Positions 35,340 to 44,361 of a stretch of DNA of 64,000 nucleotides are shown here, in pieces; the first letter of the stretch is position 1; the number at the start of each line of letters is the position of its first letter. A model generated the notes under the pieces. The model saw only the letters and a program-made list of their open reading frames with translations. It had not been told where the DNA came from and ran no database searches. The stretch comes from Nitrosopumilaceae archaeon (GTDB taxonomy: Archaea > Thermoproteota > Nitrososphaeria > Nitrososphaerales > Nitrosopumilaceae): positions 1,824,001 to 1,888,000 of the forward strand of contig OZ242274.1 in NCBI GenBank assembly GCA_965207375.1. Reading direction: 5' to 3'. A program made the translations under genes and the position numbers.

Positions 35340-36287
35340 TTGAAGGCAGTAAAATTTGATGGCGATACACTAGTATTTGATTCTGACTTTGAACCAAAAC
35401 CTGATGAATCCATCATCAAAGTAGACCTTGCAGGAATTTGCGGGACAGATTTGGAGATTCTTAAAGGATACATGGATTATCATGGTGTTTTAGGACATGA
35501 ATTTGTCGGGACCGTGAAATCCTCAGAAAATCCGAGTTTGATTGGAAAACGGGTTGTAGGTGAAATCAATGCATCTTGTGGCAGTTGTGATTCATGTGCA
35601 AGAGGATTAGAACGTCACTGTCCCACTAGAACCGTTTTGGGCATATTAAACAGAAGTGGTGCCTTTGCAGAATATCTATCATTGCCTGCAAAGAATCTAC
35701 ATGTAATTCCAGATTCTGTATCAGATGAGGAGGCAGTCTTTGTAGAGCCTCTAGCTGCTGCATTTGAAATTAAAGAGCAAATAGCAATAAAGCAGGATTG
35801 GAAAATAGCAGTTGTAGGCGATGGTAGACTAGCACAGCTTATCGTCATGGTGTTAAATATGTCATCAAAAAACATAACCTGTTTTGGGCATCATCAAAGT
35901 AAACTCCAAAGATTAGAAAGGCTAGGGGTGCCAACAAAAAATAACATTGAGACATCAGACAAATATGATTTTGATCTAGTAATAGAGGCAACAGGAAGCT
36001 CATCAGGATTTGAAGATGCACTAAATATTGTAAAGCCTCGCGGTACTGTAATCTTAAAATCCACAATTACATCTAGAAAAAATTTAGATCTTACTGCTAC
36101 AATTGTAAATGAAATTACTGTTATAGGCTCTAGATGCGGTCCATTTAGACCCGCAATAGAAGCTCTAGCAAGCGGAATCATTTCAGTAAAAGATCTAGTT
36201 GACTCAATATACCCATTAACAGAGTTTACAAAAGCAGTCGAGCAAGCAAAAAAGCCTCAAACAATGAAGGTGCTTTTAAGACCATAA
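35340..36287 (+). CDS. Zinc-dependent alcohol dehydrogenase (MDR family)
   Basis: GICGTD, GHEFVG, CGSCDSC...HC. Confidence 0.88.
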   Translation: MKAVKFDGDTLVFDSDFEPKPDESIIKVDLAGICGTDLEILKGYMDYHGVLGHEFVGTVKSSENPSLIGKRVVGEINASCGSCDSCARGLERHCPTRTVLGILNRSGAFAEYLSLPAKNLHVIPDSVSDEEAVFVEPLAAAFEIKEQIAIKQDWKIAVVGDGRLAQLIVMVLNMSSKNITCFGHHQSKLQRLERLGVPTKNNIETSDKYDFDLVIEATGSSSGFEDALNIVKPRGTVILKSTITSRKNLDLTATIVNEITVIGSRCGPFRPAIEALASGIISVKDLVDSIYPLTEFTKAVEQAKKPQTMKVLLRP

Positions 36288-36669
36288 ATGTCCACGTTTG
36301 TAAATCTTTATTTCTAAAATCATTGTCTTTCCAAAAAGCAAAATTTGTCAGATTAAATCTAAGATGATTTTGCACATAGTTAGGTTGTCAAATGCTGAAA
36401 AATCGTACATGTTCAGGTAGCCCAAATCAAAGTTGAAATAATTTTGATAAAAAGTATACAAAACTAGACCAAAGCTTTTTGATCCTACCAGATGTCACTG
36501 TATCGTATGAGCGAATCCGAGGTTGTGATCCTACACAAAAAGATGAACAAACTACATGATAAAATAGACACTCTGACAGGCACAATGCAGGAACAAGCAG
36601 GAACAATACAGACACAGGTAAAAGAGATGACCCCCATGAAAGAAACGTACAAACTCTGGTCATAAATTT

Positions 36670-37015
36670 TTCAGGTATGACATTTCACGATTCCGTCATC
36701 CATCAAAGCTTGTATCATGGATGGGACTGTGTTCTACGGTATACCAGTCAGGCAACACGACATGACAAGATGCACAAGGATGTAAACTCAAATGTAAAGT
36801 GGATAATGATTCAGGCAGCAAAGACTGCATCACTTCATGATTCCAGGATGGAACAGATCTATGAAAACAGTCGCAAGTCACATCCGTACGGAATAGCAGT
36901 ATCCAAGGTTGCAAACAAACTTGGCAAGATAATCTGGTTCATGTTACGAGATGATCTGCCGTACAAGCAACGCAAGAATAAACTGTATACGACAAAGCTT
37001 CTCAAGCTACATTAG
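36670..37015 (+). pseudogene. IS110-family recombinase, C-terminal remnant
   Basis: DISRFRHPSKLVSWMGLCSTVYQSG, a frameshift, then WIMIQAA...AVSKVANKLGKIIWFML; N-terminal DEDD domain absent. Confidence 0.85.
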
Positions 37016-37240
37016 GATGGCATCTGCAGGTGGTGACTCACCTCCTGCCCCGCCACCCACCCAATGATTGCATTAGGATTAGGATGAAACACACTAGCGG
37101 ATACTAAGCTTGTACAATGTGATGCTATCAGTGCAGTCAGGCACGAATCTTTCCCTAATCTTTATCAATGCACAAATCAAGTCAAGATAGACCGAAAGTA
37201 TCAGGATAGTCCATCCTGCGGCCCGGAAATTTACATAGAT
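37016..37240 (+). ncRNA. Candidate IS110/IS1111-type 3' non-coding (bridge/seek) RNA region
   Basis: Stems gcaggtggtg/cacctcctgc, tgattgcatt...aatgcacaaatca, ggattagg...cctaatct and caggat/atcctg directly after the transposase stop. Confidence 0.5.
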
Positions 37241-37346
37241 GAATTTTTCAAGTATGTTCAAAAACTAGACATAGAATCAGAGGCGACCGGATTATGTACG
37301 AAAAACTAATCATCCAATATTTATTAACCCATGATTGGGTCAAAAT

Positions 37347-38282
37347 ATGCAAGACAGGACTCTTCTAATTGGGATAGGTCTTATTTCTGTGCCTTTTGTT
37401 GTTGCCTTGTCAATTCATCCAGACAGTTTTGGCTTTAGTTGGAATCAGGGCAGAGGCGGATTCATATTTGCATTAGCGTTTGTAGTTGCAGAATTAATAG
37501 GGTTGAAATTATCTATTTCAAGGACGCGTCTGTTTGCAGCCATACCAATAACTGCAATAGTTGTAGGATATTTTGTTAGCTTGGAATACGGATTGCGTCA
37601 GGGAATTATTGAGGCAGCAGACAGTTACAATGTACAATTAATTGATTCTTGGACTTGGATGTGGGACTTTGTAGTCATTGCAGTTTATGTTGGTATAGTT
37701 CTTTTCATATTCTTTGGCAGACGTTGGATTCGCATTGGTCCTGCAGGACCAATATTTTTGGCAGGAAGTGCAGCTATTCTTTCCCTTGATGCATTTTTCC
37801 CATATGATACTTTGGGCCCGCTACAGTACGTTGTTCCATATCTTGTTCAAACCAATGTTTGGATAATTACCGCATTAGATCTTGGAACCGCAACTGCACG
37901 TGATAATATAATGTTTCTTCGCGGTGATTTTGGACCCATGGTGTTACAGGTATTTTGGCCTTCGGCAGGAGTTCACAGTGTAATTATTTACTCACTTGTG
38001 ATGATGGCATTTTTGCTCAAAATGAGAATTCCAAGAAATCGCAAATCAATATACTTTGTAATTGGGATTTTAGGCACTATAGGAGTAAACATGATTAGGA
38101 TATTCTCACTGTCAGTTTACGCTCTAAAGGTGACTACTGATGCAGCACAATGGGAGGAATTCCACAAGATTGCAGGAGAAATAATGTTCCTGCCTTGGCT
38201 GTTTGCTTTTTTAATAATTGTGATGGCAATAGAATCAAGGCGCCTCAAACGCGAGGAGGCAAATTCTAAAAGTAATTTGTAA
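37347..38282 (+). CDS. Thaumarchaeosortase (archaeosortase family)
   Basis: Multi-TM protein; WPSAGVHS (Ser at the usual catalytic Cys), NMIRI, FHKIAGE. Confidence 0.85.
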   Translation: MQDRTLLIGIGLISVPFVVALSIHPDSFGFSWNQGRGGFIFALAFVVAELIGLKLSISRTRLFAAIPITAIVVGYFVSLEYGLRQGIIEAADSYNVQLIDSWTWMWDFVVIAVYVGIVLFIFFGRRWIRIGPAGPIFLAGSAAILSLDAFFPYDTLGPLQYVVPYLVQTNVWIITALDLGTATARDNIMFLRGDFGPMVLQVFWPSAGVHSVIIYSLVMMAFLLKMRIPRNRKSIYFVIGILGTIGVNMIRIFSLSVYALKVTTDAAQWEEFHKIAGEIMFLPWLFAFLIIVMAIESRRLKREEANSKSNL

Positions 38283-39360
38283 TATTACCTTGCCCTGAAA
38301 TTTCTGTTAGCTCCGAAACCCTTACACCTAACCTTCTGATTAGCAAGTCTTGGCCATCGAGTGCTTCGGCTAACAACAGCTGAGTCGTCTTTTCTAATTC
38401 CTCTAGGCTACAAGTGGGATTTCGCAGCATCTTTGATTTGGTTTTGCTTGACAGGTCAAACTGGTAAAATTGAATTCCTATTGATTTGAACATTTTGCCA
38501 TTTTTTAAAACGGTTTGATGAAGCTGCTTGCATATTTGTTTTAATGCAGGAAGTAAAAAGTTAAAATCTTTTGAATCCTGTTTTAATGTTATAATTTTGC
38601 TGTATTGGATGCTTGACTCTCGTTCTCTGACCGGTTCTGTATCGATTCCTCGAGTTGCATTGTAGATAAATGTACCACTTTTTCTGCCAAATTGTTGATT
38701 CAATGTAAAAACATCTAGTTTTTTCAGATCTTGGATTGTTTCTAAATTCATCTTGGTAAATTTTTCTTCTGTTTTTTTTCCAATGCCTGGAATTGCTCTA
38801 ATTTTTAATTTCTCTAAAAATACACTAGTGTTTTCTGGTTCTACAATTGTCAGGCCATCAGGTTTTTTAAAATCAGATGCAATTTTGGATACAAGTTTAT
38901 TTTGTGAAACACCTACAGAACATGTTAGTTTGGTTTTTTCACGAATTTGATTTTTGATTTGTTGTGCCAAATGACTTGCACGTTTAAAATCGCCCTCGGT
39001 TCTTTTTGTAACATCCAAGTATGCCTCATCCCTGCCCACATATTCAAACACGTCTGCATTTTGACACATAACTTTCATTGCATTTTGTGAAATTTCAGAA
39101 TAATACTCAAAATCTACTGGCAAAAATACTGCATCTGGAATGTCTGCAAGTCTTTGTCTTGCAAATTTTATTGGTAATGCCGATTTTACTCTATATTTTC
39201 TTGCCACATAATTTGCAGTTGCTACTGCTCCTGTGTCATTACCTCTATCGGAAAATACACATACAACTATTGGCTTTCCCTTAATTGTAGGGTTGCGGAT
39301 TTCCTCACATTGTGCAAAAAAATAGTCAAAATCTATATGAAAAATTACACGCTTGCTCAT
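38266..39360 (-). CDS. dinB: Y-family DNA polymerase IV
   Basis: HIDFDYFFAQCE, ANYVAR, GRDEAYLD, KPDG. Confidence 0.92.
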   Translation of the reverse strand: MSKRVIFHIDFDYFFAQCEEIRNPTIKGKPIVVCVFSDRGNDTGAVATANYVARKYRVKSALPIKFARQRLADIPDAVFLPVDFEYYSEISQNAMKVMCQNADVFEYVGRDEAYLDVTKRTEGDFKRASHLAQQIKNQIREKTKLTCSVGVSQNKLVSKIASDFKKPDGLTIVEPENTSVFLEKLKIRAIPGIGKKTEEKFTKMNLETIQDLKKLDVFTLNQQFGRKSGTFIYNATRGIDTEPVRERESSIQYSKIITLKQDSKDFNFLLPALKQICKQLHQTVLKNGKMFKSIGIQFYQFDLSSKTKSKMLRNPTCSLEELEKTTQLLLAEALDGQDLLIRRLGVRVSELTEISGQGNITNYF

Positions 39361-39436
39361 TGTTTTTAGTGGCATTGATTGTTATTTTAATATCAATAGC
39401 AGTTCATCTAAATAATGCAAAAATTTACTATAGTTT

Positions 39437-39682
39437 GTGACCTCTCCTGTAACCGTAAATGACGATGGTGTAAACCTTAAACCCGAATTAATGGAAAAAG
39501 AACAACTCTATCATTGCATTTTTAAAGAAAAATTAATGCTATTTTTCAAGGATTCTCAGGATTTTCTAAATTGTTATGAAATTGAAGAAAAAGGATTAGT
39601 TGATCAGGCAAAAACTGCATCTGATGCAGATATAGAAAAAATATTTGAAGAATATTTGAGAACTCAAGACCTTAATAATTAA
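39437..39682 (+). CDS. Hypothetical protein
   Basis: 81-aa ORF upstream of alba. Confidence 0.65.
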   Translation: MTSPVTVNDDGVNLKPELMEKEQLYHCIFKEKLMLFFKDSQDFLNCYEIEEKGLVDQAKTASDADIEKIFEEYLRTQDLNN

Positions 39683-39719
39683 ATAAAAGCAAAATAAGTT
39701 TTTGTGACGACGATACGAA

Positions 39720-40217
39720 TTGAGCGACCCTAAAAAATCAAAAGATGCAGAAGATATTTTATCAGAATTTAATCAGGTTAAACAACCAGAGCCTGCTGTA
39801 GAACCAGAGCCTGCTGTAGAACCAGAGCCTGCTGTAGAACCAGAGCCTGCTGTAGAACCAGAGCCTGCTGTAGAACCAGAGCCTGCTGTAGAACCAAAAT
39901 CAGAACCAGAAAGACAGATAACTGATAACAAAGGTACCAACACTACGCAGCATGATGTGATTTTTGTAGGAACAAAACCCATCATGACCTATGTTACTGC
40001 CACGCTAACACAGTTAGCATCCTACGAAGTTGTAACTGTAAAGGCACGTGGTAAGCGGATAACACAAGCAGTCGATGTTACTCAAATGATAGTTAAAAGA
40101 ATGAACACTGTAGGTTATGTAATATCTGATGTAAGAATCTCTTCTAGTTCTTTAACATCCCAAGATGGTAAAGAGAGAAATATTTCTATAATTGAGCTTG
40201 ACATTACTAAAAAATAA
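39720..40217 (+). CDS. albA: Alba DNA/RNA-binding protein with N-terminal repeat extension
   Basis: IFVGTKPIMTYV, KARGKRITQAVDV, ISIIELDI. Confidence 0.85.
   Translation: MSDPKKSKDAEDILSEFNQVKQPEPAVEPEPAVEPEPAVEPEPAVEPEPAVEPEPAVEPKSEPERQITDNKGTNTTQHDVIFVGTKPIMTYVTATLTQLASYEVVTVKARGKRITQAVDVTQMIVKRMNTVGYVISDVRISSSSLTSQDGKERNISIIELDITKK
39784..39896 (+). repeat. 18-bp coding tandem repeat x6 (PEPAVE)
   Basis: Identical aaccagagcctgctgtag units. Confidence 0.95.
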
Positions 40218-40440
40218 TCAAAACAAAATAGTTTTCAGTATTGCTATTTCGATTGCCGTTGTAGGTTTGATTTCAGTTTCCTTACAAGAATCTTGTGAAA
40301 TCAAACATGTTTTATTAATCAAAGATATGGATACACATGAACAGTATCTTGATCCTGATTTTTGTTACTCTTTACTAGAACAAATTGATGCATTTAATGA
40401 ACAATGTGATGCATATCTTGAAATCCCGGATTGTGGTTAA
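40192..40440 (+). CDS. Hypothetical membrane-anchored Cys-containing protein
   Basis: TM segment plus four Cys; start uncertain. Confidence 0.55.
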   Translation: MSLTLLKNNQNKIVFSIAISIAVVGLISVSLQESCEIKHVLLIKDMDTHEQYLDPDFCYSLLEQIDAFNEQCDAYLEIPDCG

Positions 40441-41051
40441 AGATATATCAAAAAAGTTATTCCAAAATAGATCAACACCACACTGATTATAACACCGATT
40501 ATTTTGTAATGTTTCTCAGATAAAAATCTGCTACCTTTTGATGCCAAAAATGCAGTAGACCCCAACCATGCAAAATCCATCCATATATGTAGACCAAACA
40601 TTACAAAAATGCCGTAAAATGACCAAATTTCCATTGAATCTGAAATTAATTTAAAACCAATTGTGAACCACCATATAATAAAAAATGGATTGAGTGCACT
40701 CAAAATGATCCCTGTCAGAATCGGATTTTGTGTTTGTTTTTTTACACTAGTTGATTTTTCAAAAATTACATTTCGTATTTGTAATCCTGCAAATGCAAAT
40801 AATCCAACAGCTCCAATTATTGCTATAATTATTCTAAATTCTGGAATAGATTCAAGAGAAATGATTCCAACGCCTATGGTTATGATTAAGGGTAACTCTA
40901 CAATTGCATGTCCTAATGCGATGTATATTCCTGATTTTGTACCCTGCTTTATTCCATATAGTATATTGGAAGCAAATAATGGTCCAGGAGACATAACCCC
41001 CGAAGTTGAGATAAGAATTACCGCAGCTGCGAAAATGAAAAACTCTTGCAT
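40437..41051 (-). CDS. LysE-family transporter
   Basis: SPGP, GHAIVE, LNPFFIIWW. Confidence 0.85.
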   Translation of the reverse strand: MQEFFIFAAAVILISTSGVMSPGPLFASNILYGIKQGTKSGIYIALGHAIVELPLIITIGVGIISLESIPEFRIIIAIIGAVGLFAFAGLQIRNVIFEKSTSVKKQTQNPILTGIILSALNPFFIIWWFTIGFKLISDSMEIWSFYGIFVMFGLHIWMDFAWLGSTAFLASKGSRFLSEKHYKIIGVIISVVLIYFGITFLIYL

Positions 41052-41087
41052 GAATACAATTTTAAAATAATACGCAAAATAATACAG

Positions 41088-41804
41088 TTATCCATACATG
41101 TTGTCTCTTAGATGCCTAGATTCTTCTTCGGTTTCTCGGATGATCTTTTCTGCCTTTTGGGCTTCATCTTGTAACAGTTCTATATCACAAGAAGCGCCAG
41201 GTACTAGTTTTGACATAGAATCACATAGTTTTGCACTTGCCTTAAAATCAGGACCTTTTGCCTCAGAGTGAAAAATTATGACAACTACATTTTGACCTTC
41301 TAACATTCCTTCGTTTAATAAACAGCCAGGAATGCCCGGTATTGTCCCCTGATTTAGTACGTTTATTCCTGCATCTTGGATTCTTTTTCTAGCTTCACTG
41401 GTACTAGCAGCTGCTAGTACTCCGTCTGCAAGTTTTGGCATTTTAATTGCAACACTTGAAACAATTAACGAAATTTTATGCTCCTTTGCCCATCTTAACA
41501 TTGCGCGCGTAACGGTTCGGTGTAATGATTCATGAATTGTTAGATATGATGAAAAAATTCCAACCCTTAGATCATTGTTAACAAATATTCTTGCAGGATA
41601 ATTTGGTTTGCCATCACGTATAAGACTAACCGGTGGAAAATTATCCGAATCAATAATTCCTGCCTGCGTAAACTGGGATGTGTGTATCATAGATTCAGTC
41701 GCTATAGCACTTGAAAATCCGATGGATGGAAATCCATCTATCAAATATCCTCCTTCTAGTTTGATCTCTTCTAATTCCTTTATTTTTATCTCAGAAATGG
41801 ACAT
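41088..41804 (-). CDS. Proteasome assembly chaperone (PAC2) family protein
   Basis: DGFPSIG, FPPV, GPDFKAS. Confidence 0.8.
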   Translation of the reverse strand: MSISEIKIKELEEIKLEGGYLIDGFPSIGFSSAIATESMIHTSQFTQAGIIDSDNFPPVSLIRDGKPNYPARIFVNNDLRVGIFSSYLTIHESLHRTVTRAMLRWAKEHKISLIVSSVAIKMPKLADGVLAAASTSEARKRIQDAGINVLNQGTIPGIPGCLLNEGMLEGQNVVVIIFHSEAKGPDFKASAKLCDSMSKLVPGASCDIELLQDEAQKAEKIIRETEEESRHLRDNMYG

Positions 41805-41972
41805 GTTGTAAACTAGGTTTGTACCACTATATTAGACATTATGTATAGTTAAATTTTGAAGTGAGAATGTTTAATTTTTAATTCAAAATTTGATTGTGCA
41901 CAATATCTAAAAAATGTAATAAATATTATATCTAAAATTTAAGTTGAGATATTGTATATTAGACAATATGTT

Positions 41973-42911
41973 TTATTTTAATTTGAGTTTTGCAATTAAT
42001 GCAGCATAAATAAATGGCAAAATGGTGGTAATTTCTGCATGGATGGTGGTCTGTTTGGCCTTTGTGGTCACTTTTCCCCATGAAATTGCTTCTCGTACGA
42101 GTGCACCGCTAAGACTTCCGTCAAATTCTTGTGCAGTGGTAAGATAAACAGCATAGTCTAGTCCTTCCCTATACTGATTCCACCACAATGTGTGATGTTT
42201 TGATATTCCTCCTCCCAGCATCAGTGCACCGGATTTTTCGGCTTTGAAAATATATTCTGACAGCAGGTTTGCATCAGAAAGCAAATCAAGTTTAAAATCT
42301 GCATGTTTTTGTGAAAACATCCAGATTTGACTTCCAACTGCGCCATCCATTATGCCTGGAACTATTACAGATATGTCATTTTTGTATGCCCAATACAAAA
42401 ATGAATCCTCTCCTAGATTCTTTCCTATCATTTTTGTAATATCGGCAGTAGACATTTGCCTTACACCGTTTTTATATTCCTCCTCCAAAAAGAACTGGAT
42501 TTTTTCTTCAATTAATGGTCCGTAGCTTTCTATAGGAACCAAAACAGATCCCAATCTATGAATGTCCTGATCAGCCAATTTTGCATCATCCATAGTAAAT
42601 GATCCTTCCAGATAATTTGAAAAATGTCTAGCTATGTCATGATCTAATGCGCCGCACGTGGTAATTGCAATATCGAACCATTTTTGTCTCATCATATCTT
42701 TTATGATTCCTCTCAATCCAGTAGATACTAGTGCGCCTACAAAGGATACAAATCTTAAACATTGTTTATCTGATATCATATCTACAAGAATTTCAAAACC
42801 TGCTGCCAAATTTGTAGATTCAAATCCACCCGATTGTGATAGCTCTTCAAAAATTTTCTCAATTTTTGTTTCATTTGAAATTTCAATATCTTTTACAGGT
42901 CTTTGTGCCAT
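41973..42911 (-). CDS. dys: Deoxyhypusine synthase
   Basis: GGGISKHH, DGSLSGA...EAISWGK. Confidence 0.93.
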   Translation of the reverse strand: MAQRPVKDIEISNETKIEKIFEELSQSGGFESTNLAAGFEILVDMISDKQCLRFVSFVGALVSTGLRGIIKDMMRQKWFDIAITTCGALDHDIARHFSNYLEGSFTMDDAKLADQDIHRLGSVLVPIESYGPLIEEKIQFFLEEEYKNGVRQMSTADITKMIGKNLGEDSFLYWAYKNDISVIVPGIMDGAVGSQIWMFSQKHADFKLDLLSDANLLSEYIFKAEKSGALMLGGGISKHHTLWWNQYREGLDYAVYLTTAQEFDGSLSGALVREAISWGKVTTKAKQTTIHAEITTILPFIYAALIAKLKLK

Positions 42912-42988
42912 AAAATCAAATGCATAGCGCTCTATAAAATTCTACCAGATTTGATTTCAGCAAGCTTTAAACCCTTATTGGTCCACTT

Positions 42989-44092
42989 TTGGACATGACA
43001 GACAAAATTAAGGTTGGTTTAGTAGGAATAGGAAACTGCTTTTCAGGTCTGATACAGGGTATTGAATATTATAGAAAAAATCCACAACAGCAAGTTATCG
43101 GCATCATTCATGATAAATTAAGAGATTATGGAATTCACGACATTGATTTTGTGTGCGGATTCGATGTAGGAGAAAATAAAGTTGGCAAAACAATCAACGA
43201 GGCCATATATCAATACCCCAACATGGTAAATTGGATTCCACAAGAGGATATGCCAAAAACCAATGCCCTAGTCTACGAGGGACCTGCCCTAGATGGCGTA
43301 GGTCTTTGGGTAGAAAATCGTGTAAAACCAATTCAAAGTAAAAAAACAGACCAACAGTTAGCAGAAGAGATTAAAAAAATAATCAAAGAAACCGGAACCC
43401 AAATTCTTGTTTCTTATTTGCCTGTGGGTTCAGACAAGGCAACAGAGTTCTGGGCCCAGATTTGTCTTGACACAAATACTGCGTTTGTAAATTGTATTCC
43501 ATCATTTATTGCATCAGATGAGAAATGGGCCAAGAAATTTGAGGAGAAAAACATCCCATGTATTGGGGACGACATAAAGGGTCAGGTAGGTGCAACCATT
43601 GTACACAGAACTTTGGCAAAATTATGTAACGACCGTGGTACAAAAATCGAAAAGACATATCAAATCAATGTTGGCGGAAATACCGACTTTTTGAATATGA
43701 AAGAACAGGACAGACTAGTCAGCAAAAAGATTTCCAAAACTGAGAGCGTTCAAAGTCAATTAGATGAAAGGTTAGATGACGATCAAATCTATGTCGGGCC
43801 TTCTGACTTTATTCCATTTTTGGGAAATACAAAACTAATGTTTATGAGAATTGAGGGGAGACAGTGGGCAAATATCCCATACAATATGGAAGTCAGATTA
43901 GATGTAGATGACAAGGCAAATTCTGCAGGAATTGTCATAGATGCGATACGACTTGCAAAAATCGCACTAGATAGAAAGATCGGAGGTCCAATAAAACCGG
44001 CTAGCGCATATCTGATGAAACATCCCATAGAACAGACATCTGATGTTGCAGCAAAGGTTGCATGTGAGAGTTTTGTGGAAGGTACAAATTAA
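42989..44092 (+). CDS. ino1: myo-inositol-1-phosphate synthase
   Basis: GIGNC, YLPVGS, GDDIKGQVGAT, GGNTDFLNM, DKANSAG. Confidence 0.92.
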   Translation: MDMTDKIKVGLVGIGNCFSGLIQGIEYYRKNPQQQVIGIIHDKLRDYGIHDIDFVCGFDVGENKVGKTINEAIYQYPNMVNWIPQEDMPKTNALVYEGPALDGVGLWVENRVKPIQSKKTDQQLAEEIKKIIKETGTQILVSYLPVGSDKATEFWAQICLDTNTAFVNCIPSFIASDEKWAKKFEEKNIPCIGDDIKGQVGATIVHRTLAKLCNDRGTKIEKTYQINVGGNTDFLNMKEQDRLVSKKISKTESVQSQLDERLDDDQIYVGPSDFIPFLGNTKLMFMRIEGRQWANIPYNMEVRLDVDDKANSAGIVIDAIRLAKIALDRKIGGPIKPASAYLMKHPIEQTSDVAAKVACESFVEGTN

Positions 44093-44361
44093 AATTGCTG
44101 CAACTATATACGTTGTTTTGAAATTATAGGGATTTTGGGCACAAATTTTTGACATCTCTAAAAATCTAGGCATTATGCAATTACTGCCACGGTAAACTCG
44201 GTTGGAACTCTACAACCCTAGAATGTCCAAAAATATAGAGTACACAGAACATCTAGGCACAGAATATAACGAAAAAAATACTAGCGTTACAATAATTATC
44301 ATACTAGTCAACTAAACTTGTTCATAATCAATTATCAAACTAGACTGTAAAGTCTTTACTA

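Noticed and set aside
37940-37980. Sortase lacking the catalytic Cys as a novelty
   Set aside because: Ser in place of Cys is an already described trait of thaumarchaeosortases.
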